From contig JAQUWE010000003.1 in the NCBI GenBank assembly GCA_028693035.1, positions 8,255 through 72,254 of the forward strand: a stretch of 64,000 nt of DNA, in the 5' to 3' direction. Of the stretch, positions 1-8,087 are shown one piece after another. The translations under genes and the position numbers were made by a program. Within the stretch, counting starts at the first letter, position 1. Every line of letters begins with the position of its first letter. The notes beneath the pieces were generated by a model. The model had not been told where the DNA came from and did no database searches. It saw only the letters and a program-made list of their open reading frames with translations. The stretch comes from Bacilli bacterium (GTDB taxonomy: Bacteria > Bacillota_I > Bacilli_A > RF39 > UBA660).

Positions 1-16
1 CAGTTCGTTTGATAAT

Positions 17-802
17 ATGCCTGCTTTATTTTATTATGCACAGGAATGTGATTATAAAAAACTTTATGAAGAAAAATTTGGACAATCATTACATTTAATA
101 TTTAATAATAAAGAAGAAAATATTGAAATAGTAAGAAATAATTTGACGGTAGAAAGAAAAGATGAAATCACAAAAATTAATAGATCAAACGTTATAAAAT
201 TTTTTATAGACAAGAAACTGGTTGATATAAATAAAATTAATTGGAATCATAAGAATTACTCTGTAATAAGTTTTGCTGCTGCTAGTTTTGTATGCGGTTT
301 TGATAATTTAGGTAAATTTATTTACTCTATGAAAGGTTATAAAAAAATTGATAATAGTATTAGAGATGATTCTGATAAATTAATAATTGATATTTTAACC
401 CATAACCTAGGATGCTCTGAATCAGTAAATGATTTGTTTAAATTAATAGAAAATCCTAACTTTGAATGTTCACCAGAAAAATTTGATTACTTGATTAATT
501 TTTTTCTAAAAGAGTATATTGGAAATCCTACTGAATTGGTTAAAGAAGAAATAAATAGAGTCGTAAATATTTTATTGAGAAAAACCAAAAAAGAGGATTA
601 CAAAATAATTAAAGAATATATTAAAAAATTGAATATTAATATGAACAGTGATTTATTAAAACAAAAAAGGAAAAAAATTACGAATGTTTTGAGTGTTACT
701 AATGATTCACTAATGGAACAAGTACCAGCAAAAACAAAAATAAAAAATATTGAATTTCAACAAAAAAAAGTACTAGATAATAGTACTTCTATAGACAAAT
801 AA
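17..802 (+). CDS. hypothetical protein, K/N-rich. The frame is open back to the window edge, so it may be the C-terminal part of a longer protein.
   Basis: Long ORF with no in-frame stop between nt 2 and 17. No recognisable motif. Followed by a hairpin terminator. Confidence 0.4.
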   Translation: MPALFYYAQECDYKKLYEEKFGQSLHLIFNNKEENIEIVRNNLTVERKDEITKINRSNVIKFFIDKKLVDINKINWNHKNYSVISFAAASFVCGFDNLGKFIYSMKGYKKIDNSIRDDSDKLIIDILTHNLGCSESVNDLFKLIENPNFECSPEKFDYLINFFLKEYIGNPTELVKEEINRVVNILLRKTKKEDYKIIKEYIKKLNINMNSDLLKQKRKKITNVLSVTNDSLMEQVPAKTKIKNIEFQQKKVLDNSTSIDK

Positions 803-906
803 TATTTTAGTTGAAAAAAAAACTCATAATGCCTTGAATAAAATATAGATACCCTTTGTCAAATAGTGTTGGTAGACAATAAAAATGATAAATGGATTGG
901 CTATAG

Positions 907-930
907 AGAGTGATTTTAATCACTCTTTTA
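907..930 (+). terminator. intrinsic terminator after the first ORF
   Basis: AGAGTGATT / AATCACTCT inverted repeat followed by TTTTA. Confidence 0.5.
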
Positions 931-1107
931 TAATACTATTAATTAAGAAAATTCTAGCAATGAAATGATCGTATTTTCTGTAATCAAAAGCAATCTTTTT
1001 TAAAATTCAAATAAATTATCGTAAACTTAAAAATCAAAAATGACGATAAAATAAGCTTTTGTAACCTATAAGGGATTAAGGAGTGCGTGAATATATCAGC
1101 TCCTGAA

Positions 1108-1133
1108 GAGAACTAGAAGGTTCTCGCTTTTTT
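1108..1133 (+). terminator. intrinsic terminator closing an unannotated roughly 200-nt unit
   Basis: GAGAAC-tagaag-GTTCTC hairpin followed by GCTTTTTT. Confidence 0.5.
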
Positions 1134-1317
1134 GTCAAATAATTTTTGATGTTTTCTTTTGTTCAAGTTGTTATTATAAATTATTGTGCTAAAAAATATA
1201 AAATGAATGTGATATAATATTCATATACAAACGTTGCAAAGAAATTGATAGAAAATATTTAAGTAATTGGAATATTGTAATACAGACAAATTTATTGAGA
1301 GAAAGTGATGATAAAAA

Positions 1318-2313
1318 ATGGAATATCCAAAAAAATTGGAAAGAAAAAACATCGTAGGTGTATGTGCACCTAGTGATGGACTTATTGATACAAAATACAA
1401 ATTAATGTGTGATAGAGCCAAAGAAAAATGGAATAAAAAAGGAATAGAAGTTGTTTATACAGATAATTGTTTTAATACTAAAAGTGGTGTTAGTACTAAT
1501 GCTAAAGATAGAGCCAAAGAATTCATGCAGTTATGGAATGATGAAAAGATTAATACTATAATTTCTATTGGCGGAGGCGAGTACGAAATGGAAGTATTAG
1601 AGTATTTGAATTTTAAAAACGATAATATAAAATGGTTTTGTGGCAGGTCTGATAATTCAATACTAACTTATTTGCTAACAACAAAATACGATATTGCATC
1701 AATATATGGTCCGAATTTTTATGAAATGGCGATAGATCATAAAGTAATCAATGATAGTTTTGAATTATTACTCAGTTCAAAACAAAGTATAATAGAAATC
1801 CAAGATGTTTTAAAATGTGATTACTTCTATAAAAAGCAAGAGGCAGAATTTGAATACAACTGTGATTATAAAAACGAGTGGAAGTTATTTAATGCAAAAG
1901 ACTTAGATATAGATGGAATGTTAATAGGAGGTCTTCTAGACGATTTATCTTGTATTTGCGGTACAAAGTATGATAATACATGTAATTTTATTGAAAAATA
2001 TAAAACCAATGGTTTTATATGGTACTTTGATATTTGTGATTATAATCCAGCACAATCAAAAAGAGCTTTGTGGCAATTAAAAAATGCTGGATGGTTTAAA
2101 TATGCCAAGTTAATAATATTTGGACGCCCTTTAAATCAAGAAAATTTTTACGACATGACTTATATTGATAATATAAAATCTATTTTTGAATCAGATATAC
2201 CAATCATTTTTGATTTTAATATTGGACATATTCCACCTAGTTATAGTATGGTGAATGGAAGTATAATAAACGTTATTTACAATAAAGATAAAAAAGAGAT
2301 AATAACGAAGTAA
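1318..2313 (+). CDS. LD-carboxypeptidase (peptidase S66, LdcA/MccF-like)
   Basis: N-terminal VGVCAPSDG, a GRSDNS nucleophile-type motif, C-terminal GH motif (NIGHIPP), and about 330 aa, typical of the S66 family. Confidence 0.65.
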   Translation: MEYPKKLERKNIVGVCAPSDGLIDTKYKLMCDRAKEKWNKKGIEVVYTDNCFNTKSGVSTNAKDRAKEFMQLWNDEKINTIISIGGGEYEMEVLEYLNFKNDNIKWFCGRSDNSILTYLLTTKYDIASIYGPNFYEMAIDHKVINDSFELLLSSKQSIIEIQDVLKCDYFYKKQEAEFEYNCDYKNEWKLFNAKDLDIDGMLIGGLLDDLSCICGTKYDNTCNFIEKYKTNGFIWYFDICDYNPAQSKRALWQLKNAGWFKYAKLIIFGRPLNQENFYDMTYIDNIKSIFESDIPIIFDFNIGHIPPSYSMVNGSIINVIYNKDKKEIITK

Positions 2314-2451
2314 TATTACAAAAATAACGGGATATCGTTAGAGAGCATGGTGGAGCTACTTTAGTAATTGATACTAAAATTGTATTTGCTACTGAAAAAA
2401 TGAATAAATAAAGAATTATAAAAAATGTTATAATTATTAAGAGGATGAAAC

Positions 2452-3219
2452 ATGAAAAAACTAAATGAACAAGAACAAAAAGTTATAGCTATAATAAAAT
2501 CATTTCTAATTGAAACCGGGATTGAACAAAATATTTTGCAAGGCAATTTATTAAAACTAGAAGCAAAAAAATTACTGATTGAAAATCCTAATGCATTTTT
2601 ATTAGGATTAATTGCTGATCAATCAGTAAAAGCAGAAATAGCTTGGAGTTTACCATATAATTTAAAACAAAGAATTGGAACATTTGATTTTGATGAAATT
2701 TATACTAAATATAATGAAACATCATTAGAACAGGTGTTGAAAGAAAAGCCTGCTCTTCATAGATATCCAGGTAGAATATCAGTATATATATTTTCAGCAA
2801 TCGAAACTATTTTAAATAAGCACAAGGGAAATGCAAAAAATATTTGGGAAAATAAAACCGCTAGCGAGATTGTACTGGAATTAGAGGAATTTAAAGGTAT
2901 AAGTCATAAAAAAGCCTCTTTAGGAACTTTACTTTTGGTTAGGGATTTAGGGCTACAAATTATTGACAAGGAAAATATTGATATTGCCTATGATGTTCAC
3001 ATTAAAAGAATTTTTGGAAGAGTGGGTTTAGTAAACGTTGACTCAGAAGAAAATATATTAAATGCAGCTCGTAGATTAAATCCAAAATTTCCAGGCGAAT
3101 TAACTACTGCATTTTGGACAATAGGTCGTAAATATTGTTATGCTACTGATCCACAGTGTTTGCTATGTCCTTTAAATAATGTTTGTGAAAAAAATAAAAT
3201 AGATGCTAGTAAAAATTAG
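2452..3219 (+). CDS. endonuclease III-like HhH protein with an iron-sulfur cluster loop
   Basis: C-terminal Cx6Cx2Cx5C (CYATDPQCLLCPLNNVC) matches the EndoIII/MutY [4Fe-4S] loop spacing, with a helix-hairpin-helix-like region upstream. Confidence 0.55.
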   Translation: MKKLNEQEQKVIAIIKSFLIETGIEQNILQGNLLKLEAKKLLIENPNAFLLGLIADQSVKAEIAWSLPYNLKQRIGTFDFDEIYTKYNETSLEQVLKEKPALHRYPGRISVYIFSAIETILNKHKGNAKNIWENKTASEIVLELEEFKGISHKKASLGTLLLVRDLGLQIIDKENIDIAYDVHIKRIFGRVGLVNVDSEENILNAARRLNPKFPGELTTAFWTIGRKYCYATDPQCLLCPLNNVCEKNKIDASKN

Positions 3220-3243
3220 TTTCAAAATAAGGGAGGTATCAAA

Positions 3244-3861
3244 ATGAACATTATTTTTATGAGGCACGGAGAAGCAACAGATAATGTTAAAGAATTGATT
3301 TCAGATAAGGAAATTTATTGGTCAGTACTAACTGATAAAGGAATAAATAATGTATTGGAAGCAATTAATAAGTTGCCAACTGTTATTGATAAAATTTACG
3401 TTTCGCCATTACCTAGAACCATTCAAACCGCCCACTATGTTTTTAATAAATATTCTAAAACAGAATTTTTAATAGAAAACAGAATTCGTGAAATCAATAA
3501 TGGCAAATACTCTGGTCAAGTAAATAATGAAGAACTTGATAAAACAAGATGTAAACAAATAGAAGGGGACTATTTTATTCGATTTGGTGATTATGGAGAG
3601 AATAAATTTGATATTGAATCCAGATTATGCTCCTTCTTAAATGATGTATATCAATCTAATGATAAAAAAGATACAATTTTACTTATATCACATGGATCTA
3701 TTATTTCCTATATGAAACGTATTTTACATATAAAAACACCCCATATAAAAACAGGTGAAATAGAAGAATTTAAAAATATAGACTTTTCTTTTTTATTAAA
3801 ATATATAGAAAAATTAAATACAATAAAGATGGAAAATCTAGATAGTGACGAAATCTCATAA
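3244..3861 (+). CDS. histidine phosphatase family protein (phosphoglycerate mutase-like)
   Basis: N-terminal RHGE motif (FMRHGEATDN), later SHG (LISHGSI), and SD AAGGGAGG upstream. Confidence 0.7.
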   Translation: MNIIFMRHGEATDNVKELISDKEIYWSVLTDKGINNVLEAINKLPTVIDKIYVSPLPRTIQTAHYVFNKYSKTEFLIENRIREINNGKYSGQVNNEELDKTRCKQIEGDYFIRFGDYGENKFDIESRLCSFLNDVYQSNDKKDTILLISHGSIISYMKRILHIKTPHIKTGEIEEFKNIDFSFLLKYIEKLNTIKMENLDSDEIS

Positions 3862-3881
3862 CACTAGAAATTAACTTTATA

Positions 3882-3910
3882 ATACTAGAAGAATATCTAG
3901 TATTTTTTTT
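3882..3910 (+). terminator. intrinsic terminator
   Basis: ATACTAGA-agaata-TCTAGTAT hairpin followed by a T8 run. Confidence 0.7.
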
Positions 3911-4071
3911 GACACCTATATAAGAATGTAGCTATTAAATAATACTTTATTGTATTGGATTTAGTAGGAGGCAAATGTATTGAAATTTCACCTTTACAGT
4001 ATTTTGATAATACCAGTTATTTAAGTCTTTGCCTGGCAGCAGGCGGATGATATAATTGAGTAAGAGGGGGA

Positions 4072-4602
4072 ATGAGTTTGGAAAGTAAAAAAATAAGTAT
4101 TACAATGAAAAACCTAAGCTTAATTGCTGCAATAGGAAAAAACCGTGAATTAGGATACCATAATGATTTAATTTGGAGAATAAAAGAAGATTTAAACTTT
4201 TTTAAACATACAACAATGGGATCTTATATTATCATGGGAAAGAACACATATAACTCTTTACCAAAAAGTCTACCGGGAAGACAATATATGGTTTTAACCA
4301 GTGATCCTACTATTACTGCAACGGATAAACTGCAGGCTTTTAGAAACTTAAAAGATATATTGGAAATAGTGAATGTCCATCCATCAGATTCTTTTTATGT
4401 CGTGGGTGGTGGACAAGTATATAATAGTTTATTACCTTATGTAAATTCTATGCATCTAACTGAAATCCAGGATTCATATGAAAAAGCAGATACCTTTTTC
4501 CCTACATTTGATAAAGAGGAATGGACGCAAAAGGCAAGTCCCATACTTCAAGAAAATGATATTGAATATAAACATATATTATATTTGAGAAAAGAGCAGT
4601 AA
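4072..4602 (+). CDS. folA: dihydrofolate reductase
   Basis: LIAAIGKNRELG...LIW, FKHTTMG..IIMGKNTYNSLP and VVGGGQVYN motifs. The start is uncertain (ATG 4072, TTG 4078 or ATG 4105). Confidence 0.85.
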   Translation: MSLESKKISITMKNLSLIAAIGKNRELGYHNDLIWRIKEDLNFFKHTTMGSYIIMGKNTYNSLPKSLPGRQYMVLTSDPTITATDKLQAFRNLKDILEIVNVHPSDSFYVVGGGQVYNSLLPYVNSMHLTEIQDSYEKADTFFPTFDKEEWTQKASPILQENDIEYKHILYLRKEQ

Positions 4603-4640
4603 CTAAAAGTTAGGTTAAATTTAAAAGAGGAGAAACGTAT

Positions 4641-5306
4641 ATGCCAAGTCATAAAATACATTTAAAGATTGCGCAAGAAATAAATGTGAAATTAAAGTTA
4701 GATAATGATTCAATTATGCTAGGGAGTGTCTTGCCAGATCTTGCTATTTCTAAAAATCATGGGGAATCACATTTTCAATATATAGATGTATACCCTGACA
4801 ATTTAGCAAATGCGGATGCATTTATAAATAAATATAATGTCTTACTATCTAATCCTATTTCTATAGGTTATATAATTCATTTACTTACGGATCGATACTA
4901 TACAAATCAATTTTATGAATTCTTTTTTGACTTTGTTAATGGAAAACCCCATGGTTTAAAAAAGGAATATAAGGGATTAGAAAATGATAGAAGTTTTAAA
5001 CATCATTTGTTTGAAAGTTATGATAATTATTTAATAGCAAATAAATTGGTTTATCCTTTTACAGGTACAAAATGTATAGAATCTATACCAGAGTATCAAG
5101 ATTTAAAGTTTGATTATAAATATTTACAGCAGTATATAGCAAAAACAAATATAGAAATAATGGGTATAGAAAAAGCACCGATAGAATTAAAATATATAGA
5201 CTTTTTAAATAATACCTATATGGGTTGTATTAAATATATTGAATCCTATTTTGTAACAAACAAATTAATGAAACCGAATAATAAGGAATACACACGAAAT
5301 AAATAA
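4641..5306 (+). CDS. hypothetical protein, possibly a zinc-dependent phospholipase C-like fold
   Basis: Good SD (AGAGGAG). His-rich N-terminal pattern (HKIHLKIA, HGESH). No firm family assignment. Confidence 0.3.
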   Translation: MPSHKIHLKIAQEINVKLKLDNDSIMLGSVLPDLAISKNHGESHFQYIDVYPDNLANADAFINKYNVLLSNPISIGYIIHLLTDRYYTNQFYEFFFDFVNGKPHGLKKEYKGLENDRSFKHHLFESYDNYLIANKLVYPFTGTKCIESIPEYQDLKFDYKYLQQYIAKTNIEIMGIEKAPIELKYIDFLNNTYMGCIKYIESYFVTNKLMKPNNKEYTRNK

Positions 5307-5315
5307 TTGTATAAT

Positions 5316-5352
5316 AAAAACCCTAGTTTGAAAGAAACCAAGGTTTTTTTTT
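5316..5352. terminator. probable bidirectional terminator between convergent genes
   Basis: Imperfect A-rich/T-rich hairpin AAAAACCCTAGTTT-gaaag-AAACCAAGGTTTTT followed by a T run. Confidence 0.4.
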
Positions 5353-5359
5353 GAACTAT

Positions 5360-6286
5360 TTATTTTACTTGTAAGACCTGCCCAATACTAAGAGCGTCAC
5401 TTTTTAAATTGTTTAATCTTTTTAATTCAGCCACTGTTGTATTATACGTTTTAGCAAGATTCCATAAGGTATCACCACTACGAACGATATGAGAATTATT
5501 TGTTGTAGATTCACCAGGTGTCCCTGTTATAATAAGCTTTTGTCCGATACTAAGAGAATCACTCGTTAAATTGTTTAATCTTTTTAATTCAGCCACTGTT
5601 GTATTGTATTTTCTAGCAAGATCCCATAAAGTATCACCTGCTACTACAGTATGAATGGTATTATCTGATGGTTCTTCTATAGGTACTTCTGGTGTGCCAG
5701 CTACAATTAGTTTTTGTCCAATACTGAGGGAATCACTTGTTAAATTGTTTAACCTTTTTATTTCAGCTACAGTTGTATTGTATTTTCTAGCAAGATCCCA
5801 TAAGGTATCGCCAGCTACTACAGTATGTATTGTATTACCTGATGGCTCTTCTATAGGTACTTCTGGTGTGCCTGTTACAATTAGTCTTTGCCCAATGCTT
5901 AGAGAATCGCTTGTTAAATTATTTAATCTCTTAAGTTCAGCCACTGTTGTATTATATTTTCTAGCCAGGTTCCATAAAGTATCACCCGCTACTACAATGT
6001 GATAATTGGAAGTGCCACAAATGGCTAAAGGGGAGTATAAATAAATCAAAGCACTCCAGGTATCTTTGCCAACCACGCCATCACTTGTTAATTTATTATT
6101 GGTTTGAAATGTTTTGACACTTGCCGCCGTTGTTGCATTAAAATTCCCATCAATATTGCCGTTATAATATTTTAATTCTTTTAACTGGGTTTGTAATAAG
6201 GAAACATAACTTCCTTGATCTCCTTCTTTTATCGTAGGTCTTTCTAATACAGGAGACTCTGTTAAAAGGTTTATCTCTTCACTCAT
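5360..6286 (-). CDS. cell-wall-binding protein: N-terminal peptidoglycan-binding (PG_binding_1-like) domain plus four LysM repeats
   Basis: N-terminal GDQGSYVSLLQTQLKEL..YNGNIDGNFNATTAASVKTFQ. Four copies of H.V..GDTLW.LA..YNTTVAE.KRLNNL.SD.LSIGQ.L. Confidence 0.85.
   Translation of the reverse strand: MSEEINLLTESPVLERPTIKEGDQGSYVSLLQTQLKELKYYNGNIDGNFNATTAASVKTFQTNNKLTSDGVVGKDTWSALIYLYSPLAICGTSNYHIVVAGDTLWNLARKYNTTVAELKRLNNLTSDSLSIGQRLIVTGTPEVPIEEPSGNTIHTVVAGDTLWDLARKYNTTVAEIKRLNNLTSDSLSIGQKLIVAGTPEVPIEEPSDNTIHTVVAGDTLWDLARKYNTTVAELKRLNNLTSDSLSIGQKLIITGTPGESTTNNSHIVRSGDTLWNLAKTYNTTVAELKRLNNLKSDALSIGQVLQVK
5363..6004 (-). repeat. four tandem repeats of about 174 nt encoding LysM plus linker, with high nucleotide identity
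   Basis: Near-identical peptide blocks (TPEVPIEEPS.NTIHTVVAGDTLWDLARKYNTTVAE). The antisense ORF 5655-6002 shows the same periodicity, which indicates DNA-level repetition. Confidence 0.8.
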
Positions 6287-6371
6287 TTATATTCCTCTTT
6301 TCTTTGTACAGTATATTTTTAATAATGATATTTTATTACGAATAAGAATATACTTTGTTAGAGGTGGAAAT

Positions 6372-7640
6372 ATGGACAAAGGTTATTTAGTGGTAAGTGT
6401 ATACCACGATACAGTAGCAGAACCAGTAGAAGGCGCTACCGTTACAGTAAGAGGAGACAATTATGAGCAAAGCTTTAGTACAGATAATAGTGGAAAAACA
6501 CCTACAATTGAGTTAGAAGCACCCCTTAAAATTTATTCTTTAACGCCCCAGACGGAAGTAAGACCTTATTCGGTTTATCAGGTAGAAGTGAATAAGGCAG
6601 GCTACGAGACAACCATTATAAATGGGGTACAAATTTTACCAGATGAAACATCCCTACAAAATGTTTTCTTATCATCTATACCAGCAGTTACGACGATGCA
6701 AAAGACAATGCTGAAAAGAGTTCCTATTACAGTTATCGATATTCCTAATAATGAGTTATGGGATGTCGCGCAAGGTACCAGTGAAGGAAAACCAGAGGAT
6801 ACAGAGGAACCACAAAAGATAGAGACAGAGGATAGGGTTTTTCCTGAAATCTTAATTCCAGAATATGTCATTGTACATAATGGTGCGCCTACCAATACAA
6901 GTGCTACCAACAATTATGTAACATTTACAGATTACATTAAAAATGTCGCGTCAGGTGAGATATATAGTACCTGGCCTGTGGAAGCCATTAGAGCCAATGT
7001 ATATGCAATACTATCATTTACAATGAGTCGTATTTATTCGGAGTGGTATCGTTCACAAGGACGTAGTTTTACCATTACATCCCTTCCACAATACGACCAG
7101 ACTTATGCATACAATAGAACTATCTTTCAAAAGATTGCGGATGTTGTAGATGATATTTTTTTGTACCATATCCAGCTTCCAGGGAGAAATTATCCCTTTT
7201 TTGCGCAGTACAATGATGGAATTAAAGTAAACAATGCAGGCTGGTTAAGCCAGTGGGGTTCTAAGTCATTAGCAGACCAAGGGTATACCGCATTACAAAT
7301 ATTAAAATATTATTATGTAAATACATTGACTCTCCATTCTGCACAGGAAATAGAAGGGTTACCTTTATCCTTCCCAGGCTATAATTTAGAATTAGGGGCT
7401 TGCGGAGAAGCTGTACAAAAAATGCAAATCATGTTAAATACCATCAGTGGAAATTATCCTGCCATTCCTAAAATCAACCCTACAGATGGGCAATATAAAG
7501 AAAGTACTGTAGCAAGTGTAAAAAAGTTTCAGCAAGTTTTTAGTATTCCTACAACAGGAATTGCAGACTTTGCAACTTGGTACCGTATTTCTTATATTTA
7601 TATTGCAGTAAGCAAAATGCTACAAGGCGTTTCTAAATAG
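6372..7640 (+). CDS. SleC-like spore cortex-lytic enzyme / peptidoglycan-binding protein
   Basis: Its 422 aa and architecture (N-terminal beta-sandwich-like region, central IPEYVIVHNG...YIKNVASGEIYSTWP...AIRANVYAILSF...WYRS block, C-terminal PG-binding repeat GEAVQKMQ...VKKFQ) resemble my recollection of clostridial SleC. Confidence 0.55.
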   Translation: MDKGYLVVSVYHDTVAEPVEGATVTVRGDNYEQSFSTDNSGKTPTIELEAPLKIYSLTPQTEVRPYSVYQVEVNKAGYETTIINGVQILPDETSLQNVFLSSIPAVTTMQKTMLKRVPITVIDIPNNELWDVAQGTSEGKPEDTEEPQKIETEDRVFPEILIPEYVIVHNGAPTNTSATNNYVTFTDYIKNVASGEIYSTWPVEAIRANVYAILSFTMSRIYSEWYRSQGRSFTITSLPQYDQTYAYNRTIFQKIADVVDDIFLYHIQLPGRNYPFFAQYNDGIKVNNAGWLSQWGSKSLADQGYTALQILKYYYVNTLTLHSAQEIEGLPLSFPGYNLELGACGEAVQKMQIMLNTISGNYPAIPKINPTDGQYKESTVASVKKFQQVFSIPTTGIADFATWYRISYIYIAVSKMLQGVSK

Positions 7641-7731
7641 TAAGAATAATACTTATATTTTCTATTTGCTATTTCTCATAAAATAATACATATTTGCTTT
7701 TAAAAATAATAAAAAAAGAAAGCAATTTTCC

Positions 7732-7760
7732 TTGAAAATAAAGTATAAACAAGTTATAAT
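7732..7760 (+). promoter_or_regulatory. sigma-A-type promoter
   Basis: TTGAAA, a 17-nt spacer, then TATAAT. Confidence 0.55.
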
Positions 7761-7790
7761 TTAAGTGTAGTATGTTTGTGAGGTGGTTAT

Positions 7791-7877
7791 ATGAAAAGAG
7801 GAGTTATAGAAGTCGTTTTTTCAGCTGTCACAAATTTTATTTTTTATGTTGATATGAAACCTAGTTTAATTATATAA
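7791..7877 (+). CDS. candidate 28-aa hydrophobic small protein (MKRGVIEVVFSAVTNFIFYVDMKPSLII)
   Basis: SD GAGGTGG lies 5 nt upstream of the ATG. The near-consensus promoter above precedes it, and a weak hairpin plus T run follows. Confidence 0.3.
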   Translation: MKRGVIEVVFSAVTNFIFYVDMKPSLII

Positions 7878-8087
7878 CCAGGTTTTTTTGTGGCAAAAAA
7901 TTACAAGACGTGCTTGTTTATATAGAAATAGAAAGGAGAAAAATAATGAAAAGAAGGTAGAAAATATTCTATCTTTCTATCACACTATAAAATAATTTTA
8001 ATAAAAAAGGGGATATAGCATTCTGATAAAGATGGAATGCAGAAAAAAAATAATTAGAAAATCATTTTGTTTATGGAGGAAGAAACT

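Noticed and set aside
3911-4071. THF riboswitch or other structured leader upstream of folA
   Set aside because: The region contains a plausible promoter (TTGCCT-16-TATAAT) close to the start codon. I saw no conserved riboswitch core sequences.
4808-4823. Second AAATGC...GCATTT palindrome (AAATGCGGATGCATTT), considered as another Fur-family box
   Set aside because: The arms are separated by 4 nt instead of 9, the AAT-N-ATT core is absent, and the site lies inside a coding region.
5655-6002. 115-aa plus-strand ORF inside the LysM gene. The same applies to the other antisense ORFs in the track (for example 6602-6913, 16540-16923, 36982-37344, 60490-60891, 29144-29452 and 34777-35076).
   Set aside because: They lie fully inside strongly supported genes on the opposite strand. 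They have low-complexity or repeat-mirroring sequences, no SD and no motifs. They are shadow ORFs typical of AT-rich or repetitive coding DNA.
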